This document shows positions 50,936-61,612 of a DNA stretch of 64,000 nt, one piece after another (the first letter of the stretch is position 1; each line of letters opens with the position of its first letter). The position numbers were made by a program, and so were the translations under genes. Source of the stretch: Macrostomum lignano (taxonomy: Eukaryota); the NCBI GenBank assembly GCA_002269645.1, contig NIVC01000052.1, positions 806,001-870,000 of the forward strand, written 5' to 3'. The notes below the pieces were generated by a model, which was not told where the DNA came from, ran no database searches, and saw nothing but the letters and a program-made list of their open reading frames with translations.

Positions 50936-51459
50936 TTTCAAGCTTACCAGACTGCCAGAGGCCGGTATTTTCTCAGGCAATGGTCCAGACCGTCCTGCTT
51001 TAAACTGGCTTGGAAGCTGACAGCTGGCTCGAACAGCAGGTTGACGTGGCACTCACTGGTGGCATGTTGAGCGCCACTTTAAGGATTCAAGATACAACCT
51101 TAAAGGTTTGAAAAAGTCTGAACTAGCTTGAACACTCTGCAAAAGTGGCCAGGTATGCAGCTAACAGCTTATTCGAGAAGCGGAGGGCTGTTTATGGCTT
51201 GTACAGAGCCGAGACTTCCACCATTTATTTTTATTTGTTTACACAGCTCAGAGAATGCCACTCGTTCCCTGAGGCTGAGGGTGGTGCAACGCTAGCAGTT
51301 GATTTAGGCAATTCAGCTGCTGCTTACTGTAACTAGCTACTAACAACTGCTCGACAGCTCGACCTGTCAGACAGTCAGACAAACTAAAATAATTATTAAA
51401 ACCATTTTAAAATGATAGTATATTGTATATATCACATACAAAAAGGTCGGGTTTCGCAG

Positions 51460-51533
51460 GGCCGAGTAGCTCAGTTGGTTAGAGCGTCGTGCTGATAACG
51501 CGAAGGTCGAGGGTTCGAGCCCCTCCCCGGCCA
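51460..51533 (+). tRNA. tRNA-Ile(GAT): tRNA-Ile with anticodon GAT, eukaryote-type body, no encoded CCA
   Basis: Cloverleaf: acceptor GGCCGAG/CCCGGCC (A6-C67 mismatch), D stem GCTC/GAGC, anticodon stem TCGTG/CGCGA with loop CT-GAT-AA, T stem GAGGG/CCCTC, discriminator A. A and B boxes present; TTTT at 51539-51542. Confidence 0.88.
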
Positions 51534-52286
51534 GAATCTTTTGTAACGCAATTCTGTTTGGCCATGGCCATGAGTTATATTATGCAATTTTTGTTATGCA
51601 TGCTCTTTCCAGTAAAGGAAGAAGGGCAAAAAGTTTTTATTGCAGTGGATACTTTCTATTACGAGTAGGACGGAACGACATGTGGCGAATGTGTCCATTG
51701 CAACTTATTGACAAGTTTTTACTAAATTAAAAGATAAAACAAATTTAAAACAAATAGTTTAGTTCAAAAGTAGCTAACACGCAGTTTTGTTTTTTCTATT
51801 AAATATTTTATGTTTTTAATTGTATTTTAAGTTCAAATTTTGTTTCTGGCCTGAATTTAAACTGTTTTATTTTCCAATTCATAATATTTATGAAATTTCG
51901 TGGATCATAGAAACATCGAAGAAATAGTCGAATACAGGTCTGAACGTGAACTTTATACAATGGATAAGAATCCATGAATCCAAGAATTATAAATAAGCAG
52001 GATGGTATTTAAAATGCAACGGTAATTGTATATGTAGAATTTAACGTTTACCTCTTTACCTGTTATTAACTGTAAGATACAATTAGAGTTGGGTCAATGT
52101 TGGGTCAATTGTAGCCAACATGGCCTTTTAATTAACATATAAAATTGCTAATTGCGTTGAATTTAATTTTTTATTTAAAATGAATACCTAGAACTATTTT
52201 TTTAAATTGAATTAAATATATGCCTCGTCTGATTCTTGCTTCCATGACACTGAACTGATTATTAGTAAAAGATAGATAGTTCTATA

Positions 52287-52499
52287 TGTAGTGACTGTGC
52301 ATCGGGCCTAGGTGTTGTAACTAACTAACTTTGAGGCTAGAATTGTTCAATTACCTTATATGCATCGTGCGTTCAATCATGGTATCGTTGTTTCGATTGC
52401 GTAACACTGTTTTCAACGTGCACATGAGTATAAATATATTGAGCGAGACTCAAGTGTCTCCAACTGAATTGAATTTAATCAATCAACTAGAACACAACA
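52287..52499 (+). repeat. 5' LTR
   Basis: TGTAGTG...CACAACA, TATAAA at 52429. Confidence 0.95.
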
Positions 52500-52500
52500 A

Positions 52501-55500
52501 ATGGCGACGAGCGGACTCCCGTACCCAGCGGAGTTTCAACCAGTACCAGGCGAACCTCCTGTGCCATGGGCAAGGTGGATCAAGTCATTTGAGAACTTCC
52601 TGGTAGCTGGAGCTCTCGAAGAGGCATCAGAGAGTCGGAAAAAGGCGATCCTCCTGCATCTGCTTGGTGAGGAAGGACGCCGCCGAGCTGCAAACGTCGA
52701 TGCAAGCAAGTCGCTTCAGGAGACCAAAACGGCACTGAAGGCGATTTTCAGCTCGTCGAGAAGCGTCATAGCAGAGCGCTTCGCCTTTCGGCAGCGAGCC
52801 CAGCACGACGGCGAGAGCATCGGAGACTACGTGATGGCCCTGAGAGAACTGGCAACAAACTGCAAATTTGGCACCTTTCACGACGAAATAATTCGAGACC
52901 AACTTGTGGAGAAAACCTGCGTACCTCGCATTAGGGAAAGACTCCTGATGGAGGAGGACGATCTGACGCTAGATGACGCCATCAAGAAGGCTGAGCGAAT
53001 CGAAGCAGCCATCAGAGATGCCAAGCAGGTCAGCGGCCCAGAGCTCCACGTGAAGGCGCTGAGCAAGAAGCCGAAGCCAGCTGCTCGCCATGAGAAGACC
53101 GCAGCAGCAGGTCCAAAGTGCACTCGATGCGGAGGCAACCACGGACACAAGGGCGAATGCAAGGCGATGGGCCAGAAATGCAGACGATGCGGCAAGACGA
53201 ACCATTTCGCGAAAATGTGCCGCATGAAAGCGGTCTCTGCGATCGACACCAAAGAGCCTGCAGAGTCCAGTCTGACGGTCCTGGCCGTGAACAACAAGAG
53301 CACAGACAGCTTATTCTGCGAATGCCGTCTGGGCGGACAGCTGATTCGACTGCAAATCGACTGCGGTGCTGCCGTTTCGTTGCTCAACATGGAGACGTTC
53401 AAGAAGTCCTTCGCTAGGCACCCGCTGCTTCCGACGAGCACAAAACTGGAGGCATACGGCGGATCTGCGATCAAGACCATCGGCAAGGTCGAGCTTCCAG
53501 TGACGTTCAACGGCATCAGGACAGAAGCCACATTCTACGTCGCCGACAAAGGAGCGAACATCCTGGGCCGCGACCTGTTTCAGGCCCTCGGATTCAAAAT
53601 CTTCCAAGGTGACAACAGAGTGATGAGCATCAGCGAGACTACGATCGAGCGCGACTTCCCCGGAATCTTCGACGGTCTGGGCCGGTCCAAGAGCTTCATT
53701 CACCGGACAAAGATCGACGCCTCGGTCAAGCCAGTGTCTCAGCCAATGCGGAAGCTGCCGATCGGCCTGAAGGACGAAGTGACGTCAGAGATCAGCCGGA
53801 TGGAGCAACAGGGCATCATTGAGAAGGTCGACGCGTCCGAGTGGGTTAGCAACGTTGTCGTGACGCGCAAGAAGGAGTCCAACAAGGTTCGTCTCTGCGT
53901 GGATCTGCGGCAGGTCAACAAGGCGGTGATCGCGGACCGCTATCCGGTACCGTCAATCGAGGACCTATCGGCCAGCATCAACGGCTCGAAGTGCTTCAGC
54001 AAGCTGGACCTGCGTCAAGGCTACCAGCAGATTCCGCTGCATCCAGACTCTCGAGGACTGACGTGCTTCATCACCGATGCCGGCCTGTACCAGTTCACCG
54101 TGGTGCCATTCGGGCTATCTAGCTCCGGAGCTGCCTTCCAGCGAGCCCTGCAGACGGTGCTTCGAGGAGCTCCTGGCGCCATCAACATCGTGGACGACAT
54201 CCTGGTGCACGGCAAGGACGAGACTGAGCACGACAAGAACCTCCGAGAAGTCCTAGGGCGGATTCATCGCGAAGGCTTCACACTCAATCGAGAGAAGTGC
54301 AAATTCCGGCAGGCGAGCGTGGATTTCTTCGGATTGGTCATCTCTGCAGACGGCATCAAACCGACCAAGTGCAACGTCGACGCAATTCTAAGAATTCCTG
54401 AGCCATCAACGGTCGCGCAAATTCAATCGTTTCTCGGAGCAGTGAACTTTTTGCACAAGTTCATACCGCATTACTCAGCAATTGCCGAGCCTCTGAGACA
54501 ACTGCTCAAAAAGGACGCGGACTGGCACTGGGGTGAGCGGGAACGTACAGCCTTCCGTACACTCAAGTCAGCCGTAACCAGCAGCCCAGTGTTAGCTCAT
54601 TTTGACTGCCAAGCTGAGACGTACGTCACCTGCGATGCAAGTCTAGACGGACTGGGGGCAGTGCTCAGCCAAGTACAAAACGAAAAAGAGGTGCCAATCG
54701 CGTTCGCATCGAGAGCACTCAGCCCAGCGGAAAAGCGATACTCAGCCGGAGAGCGAGAAGCCCTGGCCTGTGTATGGAGCATCGAACGCTGGCACTACTA
54801 TCTATACGGCAGACGAGTAACGCTGCGCACCGACCACAAGGCCCTGACAACTCTGCTCGACTCGAAAGGCATGGGGCACAGGCCTCTTCGCATTCATCGA
54901 TGGGTCGAGAGACTTCGCGGCTACGACGTCCGGTTTGAGCACATCCCTGGCGCTGACAACAAGTGCGCGGACATGCTGTCCAGATGGGCCACGACGGAGC
55001 GCGTTCCAGCCGAGGAGACCGACGAGGAGGGCTACGTCTACGCAGTCGTCGACTCGAAGACAACGCTGACGGCAGACGCACTGGCAACGGCGACCAAGGA
55101 GGACGAAGTGCTGCAGGCGGTTTTGCAGTACATCTCGGGCGGCTGGCCAACGAAGGTGGACAGCTCTCTAAAGCCGTACTTCAACGTCCGGGACGAGCTG
55201 TTCTGCTGGAACAACGGTCAGTGCCTCGGTCGTGGTGAACGCGCGATCATCCCGACGAGCCTGCGACTTCAAGTCATCGAGGAGGCCCACGAAGGGCATC
55301 CGGGCGTCGTTCGGTCAAAGCAGCGGTGCCGCGACACGGTCTGGTTTCCTGGAATTGACCGGCAGGTGGAGGACTACGTCAAGAACTGCACGGCCTGCAC
55401 TCTGGCGGAGAAGTCCGGCAAGCCTCAACAGACGATCGTGACACCAATCGAGTGGCCAGATGGACCGTGGGACAAGGTCGAGATCGACATCTTCGGCGAG

Positions 55501-56403
55501 GTCGCCGCGGCTCCTCGACACCAGCGGTTTCTACTGGTGATCCACGACCTGTACAGCAAGTGGCCGGAGATTGCAGCCATGGAAACCGTCACCTCTGCCA
55601 ACATCATCAAGACGCTTCGGAAGCTATTCGGCCGGTGGGGAGTCCCGAAGATGCTGATCAGCGACAACGGACCCCAGTTCGTCAGCGACGAGTTCGAAGA
55701 GTTCCTGCGAGCCGAGGGCATCAAGCACAGCCGAGTGAGCCGGTACTACCCGCAAGGCAACGGCGGAGTCGAGCGATTCAACCGGAGTCTGAAGGAGGGC
55801 CTGGCAGCGAACCTGAGGGCGGGAGCGAAGTTCGAGGACGCTATCGACCTGGTGCTCAAGACCTACAGGACCAGCCAGCACGCTCTCACCGGGCTGACTC
55901 CAGCCGAGCTGATGATCGGGCGCAAGCTGCGGTCCGGACTGCAGCTGCTCAGGCCAACTCCAGTGCAACAGCGGGACGACAGCGACCTGCGAGACAGTAT
56001 CGCACAGAGGCAAGCCAAGAATGCCGACTACACCAACAAGCGAAGGCGAGCTCGTGACTCTATGCTCCAGGCCGGAGACTGGGTCTGGCGACAGACGCCG
56101 TACCGAGCGCACAAGCTGGCGACCCGACTGAAGGAACCGCTAAAGATCGCCTCCAAAGCAGGGCGCAACACCTTCGTGCTGTCCGACGGTACAAAGTGGC
56201 AAGCGAGTCGGCTGGTTAAGTGCAACAGCCCACCGGCTGACAACGGCGCGGCCGACCAAGAGGACGACTGGTTCGATTTGCCGCTGCCGCCGGCTCCGCC
56301 CCCACGGACGGGCGAGCCGCCACCTCCACCTGAACTTCGAAGGTCAACTCGAGCTCGACGGCAACCGGCGCGTTATCCTCTTCCGGAAGGGGGGAGAATG
56401 TAG
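52501..56403 (+). CDS. gag-pol: Gag-Pol polyprotein, single ORF, 1300 aa
   Basis: Two zinc knuckles (CTRCGGNHGHKGEC, CRRCGKTNHFAKMC); protease IDCGA; RT SKLDLRQGY and IVDD; RNase H TCDAS/EREALA/TDHK; integrase H-H-C-C, IDIFG, SDNGPQF, VERFN. Confidence 0.97.
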   Translation: MATSGLPYPAEFQPVPGEPPVPWARWIKSFENFLVAGALEEASESRKKAILLHLLGEEGRRRAANVDASKSLQETKTALKAIFSSSRSVIAERFAFRQRAQHDGESIGDYVMALRELATNCKFGTFHDEIIRDQLVEKTCVPRIRERLLMEEDDLTLDDAIKKAERIEAAIRDAKQVSGPELHVKALSKKPKPAARHEKTAAAGPKCTRCGGNHGHKGECKAMGQKCRRCGKTNHFAKMCRMKAVSAIDTKEPAESSLTVLAVNNKSTDSLFCECRLGGQLIRLQIDCGAAVSLLNMETFKKSFARHPLLPTSTKLEAYGGSAIKTIGKVELPVTFNGIRTEATFYVADKGANILGRDLFQALGFKIFQGDNRVMSISETTIERDFPGIFDGLGRSKSFIHRTKIDASVKPVSQPMRKLPIGLKDEVTSEISRMEQQGIIEKVDASEWVSNVVVTRKKESNKVRLCVDLRQVNKAVIADRYPVPSIEDLSASINGSKCFSKLDLRQGYQQIPLHPDSRGLTCFITDAGLYQFTVVPFGLSSSGAAFQRALQTVLRGAPGAINIVDDILVHGKDETEHDKNLREVLGRIHREGFTLNREKCKFRQASVDFFGLVISADGIKPTKCNVDAILRIPEPSTVAQIQSFLGAVNFLHKFIPHYSAIAEPLRQLLKKDADWHWGERERTAFRTLKSAVTSSPVLAHFDCQAETYVTCDASLDGLGAVLSQVQNEKEVPIAFASRALSPAEKRYSAGEREALACVWSIERWHYYLYGRRVTLRTDHKALTTLLDSKGMGHRPLRIHRWVERLRGYDVRFEHIPGADNKCADMLSRWATTERVPAEETDEEGYVYAVVDSKTTLTADALATATKEDEVLQAVLQYISGGWPTKVDSSLKPYFNVRDELFCWNNGQCLGRGERAIIPTSLRLQVIEEAHEGHPGVVRSKQRCRDTVWFPGIDRQVEDYVKNCTACTLAEKSGKPQQTIVTPIEWPDGPWDKVEIDIFGEVAAAPRHQRFLLVIHDLYSKWPEIAAMETVTSANIIKTLRKLFGRWGVPKMLISDNGPQFVSDEFEEFLRAEGIKHSRVSRYYPQGNGGVERFNRSLKEGLAANLRAGAKFEDAIDLVLKTYRTSQHALTGLTPAELMIGRKLRSGLQLLRPTPVQQRDDSDLRDSIAQRQAKNADYTNKRRRARDSMLQAGDWVWRQTPYRAHKLATRLKEPLKIASKAGRNTFVLSDGTKWQASRLVKCNSPPADNGAADQEDDWFDLPLPPAPPPRTGEPPPPPELRRSTRARRQPARYPLPEGGRM
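52502..52511 (+). other. Primer-binding site TGGCGACGAG, complementary to the 3' end of tRNA-Ser(GCU)
   Basis: 2 nt after the 5' LTR; eukaryotic tRNA-Ser(GCU) ends CUCGUCGCCA (recalled). Confidence 0.75.
56385..56398 (+). other. Polypurine tract
   Basis: GGAAGGGGGGAGAA immediately before the 3' LTR. Confidence 0.9.
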
Positions 56404-56611
56404 TGACTGTGCATCGGGCCTAGGTGTTGTAACTAACTAACTTTGAGGCTAGAATTGTTCAATTACCTTATATGCATCGTGCGTTCAATCATGGTATCGT
56501 TGTTTCGATTGCGTAACACTGTTTTCAACGTGCACATGAGTATAAATATATTGAGCGAGACTCAAGTGTCTCCAACTGAATTGAATTTAATCAATCAACT
56601 AGAACACAACA
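56399..56611 (+). repeat. 3' LTR
   Basis: Matches the 5' LTR. Confidence 0.95.
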
Positions 56612-58746
56612 CTATATACATTAAGATGGTAGAATTTTTATATAATATCCATAATTCATTTACTTTATTACAGTTGTGGTGAATTTTATTTATGGCCTTT
56701 GTGTATAAATGTTAAACTAAAAAGTTGTTGTTGTTTATAAAAATAAATATTTAAGATTTAATATCATTGTACTAAAACATGTGAATGCTTATATATATAA
56801 TAAAGCATCTATAGCTAATATGCTTGTAACAATGTAATAGAACATTATTGTTAAAAGTTTTCCTGCTTAACATTTTCCAGAGCTGTCTGACTCCTATTGT
56901 CTGATGCTATTAGATAAACTACAAGAGCAAAGTCATTAAAATGCCATCAAACTGGACAGCTCTATTGGTAAGAAATTCATTGTATTTTAGCCTTCATTTT
57001 ATTCTAATTTGTGTGGAAATGCACCAACTGCAAATTATTAACATGGACGAATATCAGCCAACTAATCAAGTACACAGTAGTTTTGTACTGAGTTACAATT
57101 GAGCTGGCTTATTCAATCTTTCTATCATCCCTTCTTCTCTACTATTAAAATTGCAGGCCAAAAGTAAGACATTTCAGCTTGTCAGCAAATGTAATTTTTT
57201 GCATAGAGCCATGGCTTGTCTGCAGCTTTGAGTATTGGCTTACTTATATGTTAGTATTTTGGTAGCTATTATGAAGTCTAGTCTCTAAAATTACATAGTC
57301 AACATGTCTTTTTACAATTAATTTAAAAGTTCTCACCAGCACATAATCAGTTCCTTGGTACTCAACTTATCCTTAATTGCCTAGCTGTGTTGAGTTTCCC
57401 ACACTTTACTCACAACCATTTGTCGTGCCAGTGTCATCTTTTCAAGGCAGTAGTATTATACTTTCTTTAATAATTTTCAGGGCAAAGCCTTCAATTTTTA
57501 CTATGTAGCAGCAGTGGTTTTATAGTTTCTACAAATTCTGCATAGATCAACGATTATATATTCCACCTATATTAAATTTCAAATCTTTAAATGCCAAATT
57601 ATGTTAATACGATTAATTTTATTATGCCATTTATCGCTCCCTACTTGTTGTAGCATTAATTTATTGAACCGAAGCCTGTGATATTCATGTAACAACTATC
57701 CGCCACATCTACCACCTTTGATAAAAGATAATTATGCTAGTATGAGAAATTAGTGAATTGTTTCAATTGAGATTCTATTTATATTTTTTCTGAGCAGATG
57801 CGCTTCACCCTACTAACACTTTTGGCAGTAGTATCAACTGAAAAAAGCAGTCTGTGTTAAATTGCGACCCGATTTCGCACATTCAAAAAATACTGGCGCT
57901 ATCTCTTGTTGATTCTTGAAAAAATCACGTGACGTCACTGCTTTGCTTTGTGTAAATTTGATAAAAAATGATTCTTTCTGAGACTGTTAGCCCGCATCTG
58001 CGGTGCCCGGGCTCTGGGGTGTGATGAAGAGCTAAACTGAAGAGAAACTTCTTCTAAGTTAGATTTGATTCGGCGCAGCGGATTCTGACCAATTCCACCT
58101 TGGCCAGGCCCTCCCTCTGGCTCTCTCGCTCATGAAGGGGGAACCGGAGTGCCATGTGGCCTGAGCTTCGGCCCTGTCAGCTAGCTGGGTGTATAAAAAA
58201 GTCTAGCAGAGGAAAATTAACAGATCTCAAGGCGGAGAAGACACCTAGCCGCTGAATTGAATTCAAGTCAGGCATCGCTTTTTTGTCAAGACTCGATCAG
58301 CAGCCCCATCTGCAGCTTTTAGGAGACAATTTCTTCACCAGTAGTTAATATAGACTGTTTTCCAACCCCAGTCCCTCACTGGAGGCTATTCGAGCGCACA
58401 CAGCACACTGTCTGAGAGAGATCGCTCGCAATAATAAGTGAGCGCCGCCATTCGAGGACCAGACGGCGCATCCCCCAGCCCGGGCAGTTTTTTAGGCGCT
58501 AAATTTTGCTGCCCTTTTTTTTCCTTTTCTCTTCAACTCCATTTGTGCGTCCCCCCCCCCCCCAGGGGCTCCTGCCCCATTGATTGGCAACCAGCAAGGC
58601 TGACACACAGGCGTGCACGCACGCACAGCACACAGAGAGAGAGAGAGAGAGAGAGAGCAGTAGCCTTCCAGCTTCCAAACGCTGCCCCATCAGTCCAGTT
58701 TGCTGAAAGAGAGAGAGAGAGAGAGAGACAGCAGACCCATATAAAG

Positions 58747-58887
58747 ATGAAAGCGTGCTGCGGTCTCCGTAGGCTTCGCAGGAGCTCAGCAGTCGATCGG
58801 GACGGCAAGCCGAATCAGCACCAGCGAACTCAGCCAGCAGCGCTGACGTCATCAACAGCAGGGATTAACATGGCCTCGGCTGAGCAA
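58747..58887 (+). CDS. Possible first coding exon of an unidentified gene (MKACCGLRRLRR...MASAEQ)
   Basis: ATG preceded by (GA)n tracts, GC-rich open frame, CAA/GTGAGC donor-like site; no recognisable domain. Confidence 0.3.
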
Positions 58888-59524
58888 GTGAGCAGTGTAT
58901 TATTAGCAAGTTTATATAGGGTGTAGAAAGAGACTCCTGTATGCGCACGTGAGCTGATGCTCTCTGCACACTTGTCAAGCGATCCTGTTTACTCGAACGT
59001 GAGAAAAGGTCCACTTTGCCGCTTTCAATATGTTTATAAAATATGCTCAGAGTCTGTGTTTGTATTGCTGGACCTGATATCAATCTTTTTGAACAAGCAG
59101 CGCTGGACTATGATTAGTAACTAGCTAGTAATGTATGCATAGGCCAGGGCACTAGAAACTGAAAAAAGCTGAGATTGGATGGCGAACTCCAGACGCTAGA
59201 CACGAAGCTGGTGCGTTGAACCTACTTAGAGAAAGTTTGTGCAAATTTCACTTTGATAATAGTACACTTTTGCACTGAGGTTTACAATGTTAGCTTTAAT
59301 AATTCTTTGGAGAGAAGGAAAGACTGACAAAATGAGAGGAAAATAAGAGAACTTAGTAGAGTCCATTAGTTTGTATCCATGGTCCATGCGTCTGCGTCTG
59401 AGCGCGGTTAGGTAAAAAAGGTAGAGGGTAGCCTAGAATTGCAGGCAGAGAGGTAGGGTTGAGAGGTAGGGTAGGGTATAGAGTTGAGGTAGAAGAGAGA
59501 CAAAGTATAGATGTAGAGTACAAA

Positions 59525-59915
59525 GGTAGAGCAGAGAAGTAGGATAGAGAGGTAAGGCAGAGAGGTGGAGCAGAGAAGTAGGATAGAGAGGTAAGGCAGA
59601 GAGGTAGAGCAGAGAAGTAGGATAGAGAGGTAGGCAGAGAGGTAGAGTAGAGAAGTAGGGTAGAGAGGTAAGGCAGAGAGGTGGGGTAGTAATGTAGGAT
59701 AGAGAGGTAAGGCAGAGAGGTAGAGCAGAGAAGTAGGATAGAGAGGTAAGGCAGAGAGGTGGAGCAGAGAAGTAGGATAGAGAGGTAAGGCAGAGAGGTA
59801 GAGCAGAGAAGTAGGGTAGAGAGGTAAGGCAGAGAGGTAGAGTAGAGAAGTAGGATAGAGAGGTAAGGCAGAGAGGTAGAGCAGAGAAGTAGGATAGAGA
59901 GGTAAGGCAGAGAGG
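59525..59915. repeat. 39-bp purine-rich minisatellite
   Basis: (GAGCAGAGAAGTAGGATAGAGAGGTAAGGCAGAGAGGTA)n, about 10 units. Confidence 0.9.
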
Positions 59916-60639
59916 AAGGGTGGAGATGCATGCTGCAGTGTATAGACTGTTAGGGTAAAGGAGTAGACAGGGCAGTAGGTAGGGTAGAGTGACAGGATAA
60001 AGGCAAACGCAAAGCAGGGGATTGAGAGCAGGTCTAGCTAGCAACATGGACCTGTGCAGTATAGGTAGAACTCTGCAAGGGCAAATGAAGTTTATCAGAC
60101 TGGGAATCTAGCAAACCAGCCAGCCCAGCCCCAGATCGGGAAGCCGTTAAAAGCGATTGGCAACCCAAGCGGCAGGCAAATCGATACAGTGATGAGCCGC
60201 AAGAGAGATGGAGAGGAAGAGGGAGAGCGGATGAAAGCGATTCAGGCGTGCAAATGTCTTGCAGGCAGTTGAGCAACCTATCGAGTAGCTCGCGGAGTTC
60301 GCTAAGCTGGCAGCTCATCATAACCGGTGCCAGCTCTCATTTTCCGGCCTGTCAGCTCCTGCATGCTCTCACTCTCTTTTAGGGGAAGCTCTTGCCGTCT
60401 TGGCCACTTCTCCCCTCCCAACAGAGTCCTCGCTGACTGCGCCATCTATCCAATCGGCAGTGCACGGGTCAGTGACCCCCCCAGACTGGAGCCTGAGCGG
60501 CAGTCTTGTGTATTTTATTTGCCATGTGTTTATTGTCCGTGTATTGCAAGGGTCGGCCCACTGAGCCTTTCTATCCTGCTCTCGGGTCTATTGAAACTTT
60601 ACAGAAGCAATCCGGCCTGCTCAAGGCTTGTGTCTCTTC

Positions 60640-60860
60640 TCAGCTCCCTTCTCTTTCCTCTCCTCTCTTATCTCCCCTCTCCTGTCTCCCCTCTCCTCTC
60701 TCCCCTCTCGTCTCTCCTCTCTCTCTCCCCTCTCCTCTCTCTCCTCTCTCCTCTCTCCTCTGTTTCCTCTCTCTCCTCTCTCTTCTCTCCCCTCTCGTCT
60801 CTCCCCTCTTGTCTCTTATCCCCTCCCTTTCCTTTCTCCCCTCTCTCCTCTCTTCTCCAC
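60640..60860. repeat. CT-rich low-complexity tract
   Basis: Polypyrimidine run. Confidence 0.85.
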
Positions 60861-61612
60861 TCTCTGGCCCGCAGTCATGCACTGAAGATTCTTTATCTGC
60901 ATGGCCATTAAGTTAGAGTTGACCGACCCCTGGTGTATTGCCAGTGTATTGTCACAATCTTTGTTTCTTAGAGAAACTTCCCGAGATAGACATTTTTGAG
61001 CTTTTCAAACACAAAAGCGGCGAATATATTTATTGATGAAAGGAATGAACTCAGTTTAGTTAGCTAACTGAAAAACTTTTTTGTGCTTTTTGCGTTGCAT
61101 AATGTACATTTTTTTCTCGAAGTTTTTGTCCCTATTCGCTGGTTTTATTGGACACAATACGCGGGCACAGTTATGCCTATTATAGTGCACACTGGGAAGA
61201 TCTGACTGGATCCGTGCCTTATCGCTAGTTGCGTGCGTGCCCGCTGCGCGCACTCTAGGGACAAGCTGAGAGGATATTTCGCATAAAAATCTCCCACATC
61301 TCTCTAGCTATCTAGCATTCTTCTCTCTCTGGCTTCGCTGCCCAGCCAGCACAGATTCTGTGTCTGTCTGTTTTATGGCTAATTGGCTTTTTACTTTCGA
61401 GTCTCCCCGGAGCCTCTCTATTCGACCTATTCTACAGTGTAATATATACAGTCTCCCTCGTAATCTAGGCCTGCCTTTTTCCTCAAATTTTGCACAATTT
61501 TAAGCCTGATGCTTCCAAGCTTAAACAGAAACTTACTGCCTCTGATTATTTTGGATTTCTTATATCCGAGTGCAGCGGTTGAAGACGAGGAAAATTTCGT
61601 TTTTTGCAGCTA

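Larger units (their letters stand above)
52287..56611 (+). mobile_element. Full-length Ty3/Gypsy LTR retrotransposon (Mag-like), 4325 bp
   Basis: 213-bp TG...CA LTRs, identical by eye; TSD CTATA (52282-52286 and 56612-56616); PBS and PPT present; domain order PR-RT-RH-IN. Confidence 0.97.

Noticed and set aside
51460-51533. Bacterial or organellar origin of tRNA-Ile(GAT)
   Set aside because: The body resembles eukaryotic cytosolic tRNA-Ile, lacks encoded CCA, has a Pol III terminator, and has no rRNA operon context.
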